Virus record (IMG/VR): IMGVR_UViG_3300035659_000011 | Span: 1 to 62,793 of that record | Reading direction: 5' to 3' (one strand) | Source: a virus | Lineage: Duplodnaviria > Caudoviricetes | Length of the DNA: 62,793 nucleotides | Shown here: one piece after another, positions 10,223 to 20,382 of the stretch | Position numbering within the stretch: position 1 is the first letter of the stretch | Layout of the letters: every line of letters begins with the position of its first letter | The notes under the pieces: generated by a model | Database searches by the model: none | What the model was told of the DNA's origin: nothing | The model's input: only the letters and a program-made list of their open reading frames with translations | Position numbers and translations under genes: made by a program

Positions 10223-11344
10223 TTAATCAGATGTAGTAGATAATATATTCAAGTCTCTATCTATAATATCTATGCACAGTTCATTTATTGCATTTACGTC
10301 GCTTGTTTTTTGTAACTTACTTGTCTTATACAGCTCATTCAAGATTTCATCCATATTTTTAGCATATTTTTCTAACTGTTCATAACTCCAGTCACCTCGC
10401 TTAATTGCTTTCAACTCATCAGCATCAATATTTGTTCTATCAACATTAACTTGACCAGTCTGAAGTATTTCGGCTCCCATCCTCATCAATCGAACAAGAT
10501 GCGCACCATGCTTAGTATCATACCCAAACTTTATTTCTAAATCTGCCCTTTTCTTATTCCTGGTTTTAGACCATTGCTGATATCGTTGCCATTCGTGACT
10601 TGCGCAATAATATGCTAACTCACGCTCAGTCAAATCTAAATATTCTTCTTTAATATACGTCGGTCCCAAAGATCGTAAACAATTCAAATTTGATTTCAAT
10701 CCAGCTTGTAACCATTCCATTGCTATAGGTCTAAGATTCTCTTTTGTAAATTTCCAAAACAATGGTATGATATAGTCACCATATACAGCGTCAAGCGCAT
10801 CAAAGAAATCTTCTTTAGTTTCTTCAACTAAGAAATCATTCATTGAAGAGTTTATCAGTGCTTTTAGCTGTGTAGTAGGAAGAAAACTTTGATCAGACAA
10901 ACCAAAATCAGATCTCTCTGGTTGTTTCTTTGGAGGATTCAATAAATATGATCTGTGTGTTTTGATTCTTTCTAACTGTGCAATAGCGTAGCCTGAAAAT
11001 GTAAATTTTGCTTTTTTCGATATAAACAGGTGTCGATTGTCAATTATTTCTTGCCACGGCGTCAACAATTTCAATACGCATCTATCTGGAGTGTAAATTA
11101 AATCAAGCATGTTCGGATTGTTGTCGCTAATTAGTCTAATTGCTTTTCTAAAATCATATATTGTTTTGTCTTCGTTTGGATAATTCTGAAATTGATCAAA
11201 TCTGTTAAGTCCATAAATATATGACTTGTCAGTAATCATGACACCGGCTTTATCTATGTCTGATTCTTGCGTGTTAATCCCGTAAGCGTGACTGCCAACA
11301 ATACATTCAAAAATTGTGTGGTCTTCTACATATTTAACATTCAT
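10223..11344 (-). CDS. Pol beta-family nucleotidyltransferase (RlaP/YcgL-like)
   Basis: VGSHAYGINTQESDID, NNPNMLDL, YDTKHGAHLVRL motifs. Confidence 0.85.
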   Translation of the reverse strand: MNVKYVEDHTIFECIVGSHAYGINTQESDIDKAGVMITDKSYIYGLNRFDQFQNYPNEDKTIYDFRKAIRLISDNNPNMLDLIYTPDRCVLKLLTPWQEIIDNRHLFISKKAKFTFSGYAIAQLERIKTHRSYLLNPPKKQPERSDFGLSDQSFLPTTQLKALINSSMNDFLVEETKEDFFDALDAVYGDYIIPLFWKFTKENLRPIAMEWLQAGLKSNLNCLRSLGPTYIKEEYLDLTERELAYYCASHEWQRYQQWSKTRNKKRADLEIKFGYDTKHGAHLVRLMRMGAEILQTGQVNVDRTNIDADELKAIKRGDWSYEQLEKYAKNMDEILNELYKTSKLQKTSDVNAINELCIDIIDRDLNILSTTSD

Positions 11345-12149
11345 TTATTGTTCCTTGATTGCAGACAGTACAAATCACTTGATTATGTCTAATTTTTTTG
11401 CTAAAATCTATTCTGTTTATATCAAATTGATGTCCTTTATCACATTTTAGCGTCATTATCAAATCAACATATTTGAGAAGCATATAATGCATATGATTTA
11501 ATCTTAACATTGTCTTGTTTGTTACACGTCGTATTTTATTTGGAATTGTTCTATCAGTTAAAGCTGCACTTATTTTCTTTTTTGTTTCTTCAGATTGATG
11601 AGAACCAAGTCTGTTGCCTATCTTACATTTAGCAGCATAACTTAATTTTTTCTTGTGCTCTTCTGTAAATACTCTATTTTTATTTGAAGTGCTTATTTTA
11701 AGTTTTGTTTCAATAGAATGTTTTGTGCCTAACCTATTATTTTTACCATGTATTCTGTTTTGACAGGCAAGACTCAATAATTCTCTAGTTTGTTGAGAAA
11801 CAATTCTACCAATATTTGCTTGCTGAATTTTAAGCTTGAGACTAGCTGACATTGGTCGTCCTGATGATCCCTCACCGCCAGCTGTAGCATTGTAACCGTC
11901 ATTATAAGTATTATAGTATTTTATCCAAAATATTTCTCTTTCACTTAAGACGTTTTCATCATTTATATCATTTTCTATAATTTCCCAATAAAAATCTTCA
12001 AACCCATATTTACGAATGGCATTATAAAAATGATATGAGCAATGTCTTGATCGCCGTCTATGTCCTCTTTTTCTAGTTTCTAAAGTACGCATTGTTTTAC
12101 CAATATAAGATTTCTTAGATGTTTTTGATGTCGCTTTATAGATTAACAT
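11334..12149 (-). CDS. free-standing GIY-YIG homing endonuclease with NUMOD3 repeats
   Basis: LIYKAT..KSYIGKT, EIFWIKYYNTY.DGYN, HSIETKLKIS/HQSEETKKKIS repeats. Confidence 0.9.
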   Translation of the reverse strand: MLIYKATSKTSKKSYIGKTMRTLETRKRGHRRRSRHCSYHFYNAIRKYGFEDFYWEIIENDINDENVLSEREIFWIKYYNTYNDGYNATAGGEGSSGRPMSASLKLKIQQANIGRIVSQQTRELLSLACQNRIHGKNNRLGTKHSIETKLKISTSNKNRVFTEEHKKKLSYAAKCKIGNRLGSHQSEETKKKISAALTDRTIPNKIRRVTNKTMLRLNHMHYMLLKYVDLIMTLKCDKGHQFDINRIDFSKKIRHNQVICTVCNQGTINEC

Positions 12150-12159
12150 TTTAGTAATC

Positions 12160-12357
12160 TCATTTGAAAAGTAGTTCTAATGTCAAAACTATCATTCCTC
12201 GATCATCTTTTTCTACAGCAATAATGCGCCGGCCAACAATATCATTAACTGGAATAGTGTCATTTGACATGTGACTATTATCATACATATACACTTTTTG
12301 CCATTGCGTTTTTTGATCATGCATGGCATAGTCAATATACACTTTCATTGTACTCAT
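12160..12357 (-). CDS. hypothetical protein
   Basis: 65 aa ORF coupled to the AAA gene (ATGA overlap). Confidence 0.55.
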   Translation of the reverse strand: MSTMKVYIDYAMHDQKTQWQKVYMYDNSHMSNDTIPVNDIVGRRIIAVEKDDRGMIVLTLELLFK

Positions 12358-15300
12358 AATTGAGGTTCTTCTGGACCAAAACCAACATTTTGGCTTTCTT
12401 CTTTTACATTTGACAACACTTCATTAAACAATGCATCAATCTCGTCCATATCATTATTAGCAAATCTTGCTCGTATTCCTTCGCGTCGCTCTTTGTCAAA
12501 GCCAACCCATTTAACTAGATGTTCTAATTGCTTTTCCATTGTCTTGGTAATTGGTATCTTAATACTTAATGCATGCTTCAAAATTTCAGTATTTAGATCT
12601 GTTTTGCCATCGACTTTATACATTTCAAAAGCGTCATACATAGCTTCATTGACTGCATGCTTGATTTCACGACCTGCTAAATGATTTGATGCTTCGCCTG
12701 CTAACAAATCTAAATCAAATTTTGCAGGATCTCGCTTATTATTCTTTATCTGAATTGCAATGATTTCTTTTCTTTCTGTAGGATCTGGTGGACCCACATA
12801 AAATACTGAATCATACCTTGACACTAATTCAGGCGGTAAAATGTGTATCTGATTACAAGTTGAGACGCTAAATACCCAAGAGTTATTATTATTCATCCAA
12901 ATCAAGAATATTCCAATTGTTCTAGCTGTCGTTCCGGCATCTGAAAATGATGAACTTTGCATGCCGGCAAAGCCCTTTTCAATTTCATCGATGAAGAGAA
13001 TGCAATTGTGAGTAAACATTTTATTTGCTATAAAGTTATGATGTTTATCTAGACAAAGATCATATACATCGTGATTTCCTTTGAGTTTTTGTTTGCTTTC
13101 AACTTTAGCAAAAAAGTAATCGTCAGATAAAAACCAAGGTAGTGATTTATCTTGTTGCAATTCTTGAAAAATTTGTCTAATCTTTGTTGTGGAAATATTA
13201 TGATTATGTTTAAGATCTAAATAAAATTGCAATTTTCGTTTGCTTTTAACAATACTTGATATACTCTTGTAAAAGCTTTGTCTTTTCCAGTCTTCATTTA
13301 TTAATTGTTTCTCTAGCAGTAAATTTATAAGATTTTGTTTGACATTCATAGTATCAAATCTACTGCATTCGCCGTTATGTCTTCCATCTAATGTTTTTAG
13401 TATACTTTTCTTTTTAGGATGTCTACTATTAATCTTAGTCTTGAACAACGTTAAAAAATTAGATGTAATATTTATAGGACAGTTATGATTACTTTTATAT
13501 CTTTTACCATATTCAGGTGTAATGATACCTACTCTGAGAAGCATGTTTCTTAAACATTCATTATTTTCAAATTTAGCTGCCGTATAATTTACTTTATTCC
13601 TAAACACACAACCGTCACCGTCTAGTACACCTGATAACCAAGCCCATTGAAATTTCTCATCTACAGTTAAAAGGTCTTTCTGAATTCGTCTCATAACTTT
13701 TGCTAAAATCAAAGGTATCCCATAAGTCACGAATTTATCATTTGTTCTGCAAAGATCTGCATCAAAATTATCTTTAAGAAAAGTAATTAATTCATTATGT
13801 AATGCTTGCTCTTTATTATAAAACCTTGTTTTGTTCTTATTTCTAACTCTTGTCATTCTATTTCTAGTCATTTCAAATGTAGCACTATCATATTTCCAAT
13901 AATTCTTGTTTCCTAAATTACCGTCAGACCATAATAGCCCAAGAATATAAGCAAAATCTTCAGAAAAGTTATTTGGAATTTTATTTATTGAGCTGTCAGT
14001 GTATCCTCCCAAACCTTCAACTATTTTAGTAATATCATTCGCAGTACTTATGTCAAGTTTGTACTTGATAATTTGCCATTGATAAACATAATTTTGTGTA
14101 ATTTGACGACCTTTTAGCAATTTTTTATCTAAAAGAGAAAGAAGATCTTTATGAAGTTTTTCAGAATAAAATCTAGTGTCTTTGTCAAAATATTCAATTA
14201 AATTAATTGTTTTGCTAGTCTTAATTTGTCGAGGACAAACTATAAAGTCGTCATTGCTCAACTGCGACACTGTTTTCCATTGTAAATTACCATCTGTTAC
14301 AAGTACGGGAAACATATGGTTACTTGTGGCTTTTATATCGCCAATATTTGTTACTACATTAAAGACGTCATTAGATTGCTTTTTTGTAATCAATTTAACT
14401 GTTGATGTCGTTATCTTAAACTCATCATCAAATGAGATCACATTTTGTCTATAATTGTTTTCATGTAATTCCTTTATGGTTGCGACTTGACCATCAGCCA
14501 GTGTTATTTTTGCATCTTCTGTTAAGCACGGTGCAAGACTTTCTATTCTTGCAAGGGCAAGGTGCATATTGCCTTCACTCTCACCGACTCTTGACGAAAA
14601 CACCTTTGACGGATCGAATTCCACAAGATTTAGATTCCATTCACTGGCGAGAGCTTCACAGATAAGACTCTTTCCGCAGCCCGGGAGTCCGATGAGTAAA
14701 CACCCCTTTACAATAGGCAATCCAAACTTTTGACCTTCATTAGTCCACCCACCATGCATTTTCTTGAACCATTTCTTAAGTCTGCCTAAACCGCCAACAT
14801 CTTTGAATGACACAGTTGATTCTTTGAATTTCAACAATGAAGTCTTATTAATAACTTCACGTTTAAGTGCATTAATTATGCCTGGATCCAATTTGCCTCG
14901 ACCTGAATTTTGTGAATCTTTTCGAGTAATGTCAATACATGCAGTAATCATTTGATGTATTTGAGGTATGATCAAACCTTTTAGAGCATTAACAATTTCA
15001 AAATCAGTACATAGTTCAACTTGCTTTTTCTTGTCTTTAATAGCATCATTGAATTTTGCGACCCAAGTCGTAATCTCTTCTTTTATCTCTTCTTCAGATG
15101 GATATGGATATGTAAAAACATCTACATACTTCTCTAATTTGCTTGGTAAATTAAGCTTTGAAGATAACAATACAACTATTTTAAGATTGCTGTCACTATT
15201 GTCAGCTTGAATAACAAAGTCTTTGAACCTACGAACAATTTGAGGATCTTCTAAATGATGATCTGCCTCTGTTATAATGTAGATTTGTCGTCGGTCTTTC

Positions 15301-15587
15301 TTATCTGCCTGATAAATCTGTATAAGTGCATTGTTGATTTCCATTGTTGCAGTATTATTAACACCCTTTTTCTCGTCAATATCATGTTTATAAGCCTGCA
15401 ACGGTATTATTCCTGTAGTAGACTTGTAAATAAATACTTCAGTTGTAAACTTATTTGATTGTCGCTGTGATAATCGTTCGATGCCCATTATCGCACGATG
15501 TTCATCATCAGTGAGGACATACAATAGCGGAGACATCTGGTCTAATTTAGACTGTAGATAGTCTATCGACAGCATGTTAATCTTCAT
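12354..15587 (-). CDS. Ycf46-like AAA+ ATPase containing an intein
   Basis: DVGGLGRLKKW, GLPGCGKS, VGESE, then after the intein ILFIDEIEKGF, LPPELVSR; degenerate N-terminal AAA domain. Confidence 0.9.
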   Translation of the reverse strand: MKINMLSIDYLQSKLDQMSPLLYVLTDDEHRAIMGIERLSQRQSNKFTTEVFIYKSTTGIIPLQAYKHDIDEKKGVNNTATMEINNALIQIYQADKKDRRQIYIITEADHHLEDPQIVRRFKDFVIQADNSDSNLKIVVLLSSKLNLPSKLEKYVDVFTYPYPSEEEIKEEITTWVAKFNDAIKDKKKQVELCTDFEIVNALKGLIIPQIHQMITACIDITRKDSQNSGRGKLDPGIINALKREVINKTSLLKFKESTVSFKDVGGLGRLKKWFKKMHGGWTNEGQKFGLPIVKGCLLIGLPGCGKSLICEALASEWNLNLVEFDPSKVFSSRVGESEGNMHLALARIESLAPCLTEDAKITLADGQVATIKELHENNYRQNVISFDDEFKITTSTVKLITKKQSNDVFNVVTNIGDIKATSNHMFPVLVTDGNLQWKTVSQLSNDDFIVCPRQIKTSKTINLIEYFDKDTRFYSEKLHKDLLSLLDKKLLKGRQITQNYVYQWQIIKYKLDISTANDITKIVEGLGGYTDSSINKIPNNFSEDFAYILGLLWSDGNLGNKNYWKYDSATFEMTRNRMTRVRNKNKTRFYNKEQALHNELITFLKDNFDADLCRTNDKFVTYGIPLILAKVMRRIQKDLLTVDEKFQWAWLSGVLDGDGCVFRNKVNYTAAKFENNECLRNMLLRVGIITPEYGKRYKSNHNCPINITSNFLTLFKTKINSRHPKKKSILKTLDGRHNGECSRFDTMNVKQNLINLLLEKQLINEDWKRQSFYKSISSIVKSKRKLQFYLDLKHNHNISTTKIRQIFQELQQDKSLPWFLSDDYFFAKVESKQKLKGNHDVYDLCLDKHHNFIANKMFTHNCILFIDEIEKGFAGMQSSSFSDAGTTARTIGIFLIWMNNNNSWVFSVSTCNQIHILPPELVSRYDSVFYVGPPDPTERKEIIAIQIKNNKRDPAKFDLDLLAGEASNHLAGREIKHAVNEAMYDAFEMYKVDGKTDLNTEILKHALSIKIPITKTMEKQLEHLVKWVGFDKERREGIRARFANNDMDEIDALFNEVLSNVKEESQNVGFGPEEPQL
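13005..14528 (-). mobile_element. intein (508 aa) with LAGLIDADG endonuclease, inserted just before Walker B
   Basis: AP|CLTEDAKI..., block B IKATSNHMF, YILGLLWSDG and WLSGVLDGDG, ends VYDL..HNFIANKMFTHN|C. Confidence 0.92.
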
Positions 15588-15613
15588 TTGAATCTCTCTT
15601 TAATCGTATACTA

Positions 15614-15925
15614 TCAAAATTCGTATGACTTCTCAATAAGATTCACTCCTTGTTCTTTCAACCATGGCATTAGTTTGTTCTCAAAACAAGTTGGGCATAT
15701 ATGAACATCATACTCATTTCCAGAGCTACCTTCAGGATAATGTTCTCCTTGCCGCCATCTAACTATTGTTTCATTTCGATCATATTGATTTTCACCCCAA
15801 TCTCCTCCTGGCCATTCAGGATGACCTTTTTTGCCACAAATGTCACATGTTACAGCAACTACTCGTTCTTCTGTTTTTGCAGGAATCTCTACAGTTTTTT
15901 TAAGCTCCATAATGTCCTCCGACAA
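15614..15925 (-). CDS. hypothetical Zn-binding protein
   Basis: CDIC...CPTC motifs. Confidence 0.7.
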   Translation of the reverse strand: MSEDIMELKKTVEIPAKTEERVVAVTCDICGKKGHPEWPGGDWGENQYDRNETIVRWRQGEHYPEGSSGNEYDVHICPTCFENKLMPWLKEQGVNLIEKSYEF

Positions 15926-15934
15926 CTGATATAA

Positions 15935-16096
15935 CTACTTTGGTTGCCAACCTGCATGATCATGGGGATAATGATGTCGACCACCACTTAGATATTTCTG
16001 CGAACCACAACCACAATGGTCTCTCTTTTTTTCATCTTCTTTATCAGAAATCTCTTTGTCATTTGTAGTCTGTTTTTTGTCTTCTATATCGTTCAT
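15935..16096 (-). CDS. small hypothetical protein (53 aa, His/Cys-rich C-terminus)
   Basis: Manual translation MNDIEDKK...DHCGCGSQKYLSGGRHHYPHDHAGWQPK; ATGA overlap with the NUDIX gene. Confidence 0.45.
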   Translation of the reverse strand: MNDIEDKKQTTNDKEISDKEDEKKRDHCGCGSQKYLSGGRHHYPHDHAGWQPK

Positions 16097-16632
16097 ATTG
16101 TTCCGTACTTTGAAAAATACAAAAATATCAAATACGACTTTGCACCCTTCTTACGAGTCTGATCATTCAATAACTCTCTAACTTCTTTCTGATCCATCAA
16201 GTATACTGTTATATCTTCTGAATCAACCAACTTAAGATCACTTGTTTTACCTTCTGCATTTGCAAACACTATATGAATTCCCTCATCTGTCAATCCGGCA
16301 GAATTATACACTAACTGACTCTCATCTCTAAGAAATCTAACAATCTTCAACCCTGTTTCTTCTTCAAACTCACGAGAAGCTGCTTGTAAAACAGATTCTT
16401 CAGGATCAATCAATCCTGCCGGACATCCCCATTCATAATCATCTATAGGCACTCGAAACTCTCGAGTAACTACTAATTTACCTTCCATAGTTGCAACAAT
16501 CATGACAGCTTGTTGATCATTGGGTCGTTGTGCCCATGCCCAGTGTTTTTCAACACCCTTCTTGTCAACATAAGTAGTCTCATTAAGATCAACGAAATTT
16601 GTGTGATGTAGCAAAGTCGTTATATTGCTCAT
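16093..16632 (-). CDS. NUDIX hydrolase (ADP-ribose pyrophosphatase-like)
   Basis: PAGLIDPEESVLQAASREFEEETG Nudix box, EFRVP, SAGLTDE. Confidence 0.9.
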   Translation of the reverse strand: MSNITTLLHHTNFVDLNETTYVDKKGVEKHWAWAQRPNDQQAVMIVATMEGKLVVTREFRVPIDDYEWGCPAGLIDPEESVLQAASREFEEETGLKIVRFLRDESQLVYNSAGLTDEGIHIVFANAEGKTSDLKLVDSEDITVYLMDQKEVRELLNDQTRKKGAKSYLIFLYFSKYGTI

Positions 16633-16635
16633 GTT

Positions 16636-16821
16636 TCACCCACAATAGATTTTAGGTAATACGCCGTTATTCAAATCAAGCAGTTGCTGTCGCTCCTCTT
16701 TTGAATATAGTGCATCGATAATCACATCAGAAAATTCAGTGCTTACCCAATCAATAACAATTGTGCCATCAGGCTTAATAATAAATTTCTGAGTAGGAGC
16801 AACTAATTTGTCTAAATTCAT
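16636..16821 (-). CDS. small hypothetical protein ending in YCG
   Basis: 61 aa ORF. Confidence 0.6.
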   Translation of the reverse strand: MNLDKLVAPTQKFIIKPDGTIVIDWVSTEFSDVIIDALYSKEERQQLLDLNNGVLPKIYCG

Positions 16822-16960
16822 GGATTGTAATCATTCCAGTATTGGTCACGAAAATATTGTTTGCTTTGTTCATTTGCTCCCCATACTACAAGCGCTATAG
16901 CTACAATTAAACAAATAATAGAAAGCATAATACCTCGCAAGAGTTTAGTTAGTAAGACAG

Positions 16961-16989
16961 AAAAAGTCGATTGCGAAAAACAATCGACT
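16961..16989 (-). terminator. intrinsic terminator
   Basis: AGTCGATTG-loop-CAATCGACT stem followed by a U-run after the DUF1257-like gene. Confidence 0.6.
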
Positions 16990-16997
16990 ATGAAAAA

Positions 16998-17309
16998 CTA
17001 GTAACCGGCAACTATCTCTATATTGCCATTAACAGTATTGACTGAATTTATTCGATGACCCTTCTTTGCAATTTCTGCTAAAATGAAATGCTTGCTATAT
17101 GCTTGTTTGATCTGATTCACGTTTTTAGCATACATTTCATCAAATCTAATTTCGCCAGTTGAAATATCAACTGTCATCTTTTGATAACCTGTTCCCCACG
17201 TCATTTTCTCTGCATTAAGTTCATTGAATGAAATACCAAGTTCAGTCAATGATTGCTTGAGAATTGTCATGTTCCGGATATCAGTTACTCCGGTAATTGA
17301 CTTAGACAT
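16998..17309 (-). CDS. DUF1257/Ycf35-like protein
   Basis: MS..TDIRNMTILKQSLTELG...NQIKQAYS..ILAEIAKKGH..VNGNIEIV pattern; GGAGG before ATG at 17309. Confidence 0.7.
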   Translation of the reverse strand: MSKSITGVTDIRNMTILKQSLTELGISFNELNAEKMTWGTGYQKMTVDISTGEIRFDEMYAKNVNQIKQAYSKHFILAEIAKKGHRINSVNTVNGNIEIVAGY

Positions 17310-17487
17310 TTTGACCTCCAATATGCACAGTATCTGTGACAGGAACATCGTCTTGCTTATCTTTGACGTTCACAACTTGACCAAATGACCCAATGACATT
17401 AACAATCTCTGCGCAAGCATGTCGTTCTTTATTAACGACATCGCAGCCCCATGTACCATCATTGTGTATTGTGACTTTATATTTCAT
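17302..17487 (-). CDS. DUF2997-like protein
   Basis: YKVTIHNDG..DVV....C.EI....G pattern, adjacent to the DUF1257-like gene. Confidence 0.65.
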   Translation of the reverse strand: MKYKVTIHNDGTWGCDVVNKERHACAEIVNVIGSFGQVVNVKDKQDDVPVTDTVHIGGQNV

Positions 17488-17512
17488 ATGATCCTCCTAT
17501 CACTATAGTCAC

Positions 17513-17920
17513 TTAAAATGTCAATGCTTTTTTATACATAACTGTGTTTGATAAGAAAGCATCTTTCCATTCCCATTCATCAAGGAAAAATCTTTCAAAG
17601 TCATGCTTAGATATGTCTATTTCATCTCTTACTTCAAGTTCGATCATTTTGATAGCTTTTTCATACTCTTTTTCAAAAGATATCGGCTTCGGCAAATGAA
17701 TGTCTAGCTTCACATCTCTTGCATTATTCGCTTTTAACTCAATCAAAATCGCAGTGACATTATCTTGCGCTTTTGTAATCCAACCTTCTATAGCTTCTTC
17801 AAATTCTTTGTGATGCATCTCTTTGTTTGACTTCAACGTCTCTAGTACTTTGATTTTATTAACTCGAACGCTATCTGGCATCATGACTCCTTTTTTGATT
17901 TGAAATTCTTCATAAATCAC
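17513..17920 (-). CDS. conserved phage hypothetical protein
   Basis: Likely start MMPDSVRV after the AAGGAG RBS; FERFFLDEWEWK. Confidence 0.7.
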   Translation of the reverse strand: MIYEEFQIKKGVMMPDSVRVNKIKVLETLKSNKEMHHKEFEEAIEGWITKAQDNVTAILIELKANNARDVKLDIHLPKPISFEKEYEKAIKMIELEVRDEIDISKHDFERFFLDEWEWKDAFLSNTVMYKKALTF

Positions 17921-17948
17921 TATTCATATAATAGATATCGTCGATTAT

Positions 17949-18521
17949 CTAATGACTTACAGGTTTCTGAAACTCTTCATATATCTTACTACTGTCAATA
18001 GGTTCTGCATGTCCTCGTTGATATTTACCCTTATATTTCAACGATGCATCACCAAATGTCTTCATGTAGATTATTTGACAAAAGTCTACAAATGGATAAA
18101 CCTTTACTGACATCGTAGCTACAATTTCTAATGTCCAATAATTCTCAAATCCATCATCGCCCCAACCGGCAGTTTTATGAACATCAATACCCAATCGACC
18201 TATAGAGCTACGACCTTGTATTTGAGGCACAAAGCCCACTGTCTTTGTCATCTCAGCTGTTCGACCTAAATATAATATCCCTGGTCGCAAAATAAAACCA
18301 TCTTCAGGTATGATCAAACTTCTTGTCGCATTCTTCTTCTTCATATCTAAATAACACTCACCATCAGCTGTTTTATCTAAGTATCTACTATCATAAATAA
18401 GCAACTCATTATGCAGCTTCAGATTATATGAATTGGGATTGACTTTTGACGAATCAAAATTCTCAATATAGATACTACCCAATTTTACTTGTTCAATTAT
18501 TTCAAGACCCGTAAGAACCAT
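17949..18521 (-). CDS. dcd: dCTP deaminase
   Basis: VNPNSYNL, GRSSIGRLGI, TAGWGDDGF, WTLEI. Confidence 0.92.
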   Translation of the reverse strand: MVLTGLEIIEQVKLGSIYIENFDSSKVNPNSYNLKLHNELLIYDSRYLDKTADGECYLDMKKKNATRSLIIPEDGFILRPGILYLGRTAEMTKTVGFVPQIQGRSSIGRLGIDVHKTAGWGDDGFENYWTLEIVATMSVKVYPFVDFCQIIYMKTFGDASLKYKGKYQRGHAEPIDSSKIYEEFQKPVSH

Positions 18522-18530
18522 AAATAACCT

Positions 18531-19700
18531 TTACATTGATTTTGCTTGTTTCAAAATCTCAATTCCTCGATCTATCATCTTTTCTTTTATATCACCAAAT
18601 CTTTCAGCATGCTTTTCAACAAACTTCTTAAGAGCCTCATCGGGCATATCTATACTTGTAATCTTATCAACATTCTCATCTATAGCATCGTCTGCAACTA
18701 CATTAATGTCAGCACTAGTGAAGTGCCAACAATTATCTCTCAAATATGATTCAATAACATCAAGTCTAATAGCCGAAAAATACGTCTGCTTGACATTTAC
18801 TTTCAACTTAACAATTGCATCTTGCAAATCTGTTGGATGAAATTTCTCTAACACATCTTTATAGTCATCTGACAAATTCAATGTAAATGTCACAAATCGT
18901 CTGTCACTAACAGGTATGAATTTGTCTGTACCTTTAGTGAATACGTAAAATCCCTTTTGTTCTGATTCTTCAGAGAAATCTACTCGACCTAATGAACCTA
19001 CATGTCGCACAATGTCATTAAATTCTTGTTGTTTATGTATGTGACCCAAATAAACTTTAGTCCAGTCACCTTCTTCAAACAATTTAAGTTCTATCTTGTT
19101 CTCATTTTCATCAGACGACATATCCAAATCAAAACTATTTCCAACAACAGACTTATCTGTGCCAAAATGACCAAAAAACAGCTTGTACTTAGCATCACTT
19201 GTCTTTGTTTGCTTATTGAAATCTTCAATACACTTTCTTTGATATGCCAAAAACTCTTGAGGTGTCAATAATCCTTGTTCACCTCTATTGACAAATGGTA
19301 AAAAGTATAATTCTTCTTTACCCAATCTTATGACTGTCGGTGATGAAACTATAGTCAAACCATCAATAACATCTGATAATTCTTCCATTTCTGACATTGC
19401 ATGAGCACCGTCAGACGAAGTTGTCATATCGTGATTACCGGTCATCAATATGGTAGGAACGCTGGCTTTTATGAGGCACTTGAGTCTTGCAGCAAATTGT
19501 TTTCTGATTTTTGAATTTGGGTGTTTGACACGGTAGATGTCACCAGCTATTACATAAGCAGATTGCTTGTCAATAGCAAAATCAATAGTTTGATCTAAGT
19601 TGTAGAGGAAGTCAAGTAGTCGAGTGTTCAAACCACTTACTGGATCAGTTTTTCCGTAACTATAATCACCAATGTGTGGATCTGATACAACTGTAATCAT
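18531..19700 (-). CDS. sbcD: SbcD/Mre11 nuclease
   Basis: SDPHIG, AGDIY, GNHD, GH, LGHIHK, GSLGRVDFSE. Confidence 0.92.
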   Translation of the reverse strand: MITVVSDPHIGDYSYGKTDPVSGLNTRLLDFLYNLDQTIDFAIDKQSAYVIAGDIYRVKHPNSKIRKQFAARLKCLIKASVPTILMTGNHDMTTSSDGAHAMSEMEELSDVIDGLTIVSSPTVIRLGKEELYFLPFVNRGEQGLLTPQEFLAYQRKCIEDFNKQTKTSDAKYKLFFGHFGTDKSVVGNSFDLDMSSDENENKIELKLFEEGDWTKVYLGHIHKQQEFNDIVRHVGSLGRVDFSEESEQKGFYVFTKGTDKFIPVSDRRFVTFTLNLSDDYKDVLEKFHPTDLQDAIVKLKVNVKQTYFSAIRLDVIESYLRDNCWHFTSADINVVADDAIDENVDKITSIDMPDEALKKFVEKHAERFGDIKEKMIDRGIEILKQAKSM

Positions 19701-19709
19701 AGTTAATCA

Positions 19710-19732
19710 TATACAATTACAGTCAATAGATT
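19710..19732 (-). promoter_or_regulatory. repeated upstream motif AATCTATTGAC-N7-GTATA (copy 1)
   Basis: Same motif at 41441-41463 and 41973-41995, each just upstream of a gene start. Confidence 0.55.
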
Positions 19733-20235
19733 TACTCAGCTTGCTTGAAATTGTCGACGTATTCTATTGAATCATAGGGTTCAGAATCTTGCACAGGTTG
19801 GTATGAAACTAGCAGTTCTTCGTAAATTCTTTGCCAGCGTTCTTTAGTTAGACCACGATGTTCTTTCATTCGTCGTTCAATATTACCATTAGTGTCAAGT
19901 TTGAATGATACAAATTTGACTTTAATATTACTGTCATAACTTTTTATTAGATTGACTAAAAGCATGCGTCGAGTGACATCTAATGATAGCAATGTTTCAT
20001 CAATTATGATGTTGTTCTTACTAGCAAGAGCCAATTTAATTGCATCAAATGTCAATTGCATTACTATAGGTTCATACTTTGGACTATAACGATATTTTCC
20101 ATGAAGCATTTCTCTAAAACAATCTAAGGATACAATAACAGTATCCTCAGATTGTTCCAATATATTTCGTGACCAAGTAGATTTTCCTGACCCAGGTAAG
20201 CCGACTAAGACGTAGACTTGTAATTGTTTAAGCAA
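19732..20235 (-). CDS. AAA_33 P-loop kinase (polynucleotide kinase-like)
   Basis: LVGLPGSGKSTW, VSLDCFR, IIIDET. Confidence 0.8.
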   Translation of the reverse strand: MLKQLQVYVLVGLPGSGKSTWSRNILEQSEDTVIVSLDCFREMLHGKYRYSPKYEPIVMQLTFDAIKLALASKNNIIIDETLLSLDVTRRMLLVNLIKSYDSNIKVKFVSFKLDTNGNIERRMKEHRGLTKERWQRIYEELLVSYQPVQDSEPYDSIEYVDNFKQAE

Positions 20236-20365
20236 ATTCTTCTTCCATCATTTCTTCAGGTTTCGGTTCTTCACAATTAACAGCTTCCCAACAATCATCA
20301 GAACAGCAACCATCATCTATACTTTTAACTTCATACAGTTTACCACAATGCTTACATGCATGCAT
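20228..20365 (-). CDS. small Zn-binding protein (45 aa)
   Basis: Manual translation MHACKHCGKLY...CCSDDCW; AGGAG RBS. Confidence 0.55.
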   Translation of the reverse strand: MHACKHCGKLYEVKSIDDGCCSDDCWEAVNCEEPKPEEMMEEEFA

Positions 20366-20382
20366 ACACACACTCCTACGGT

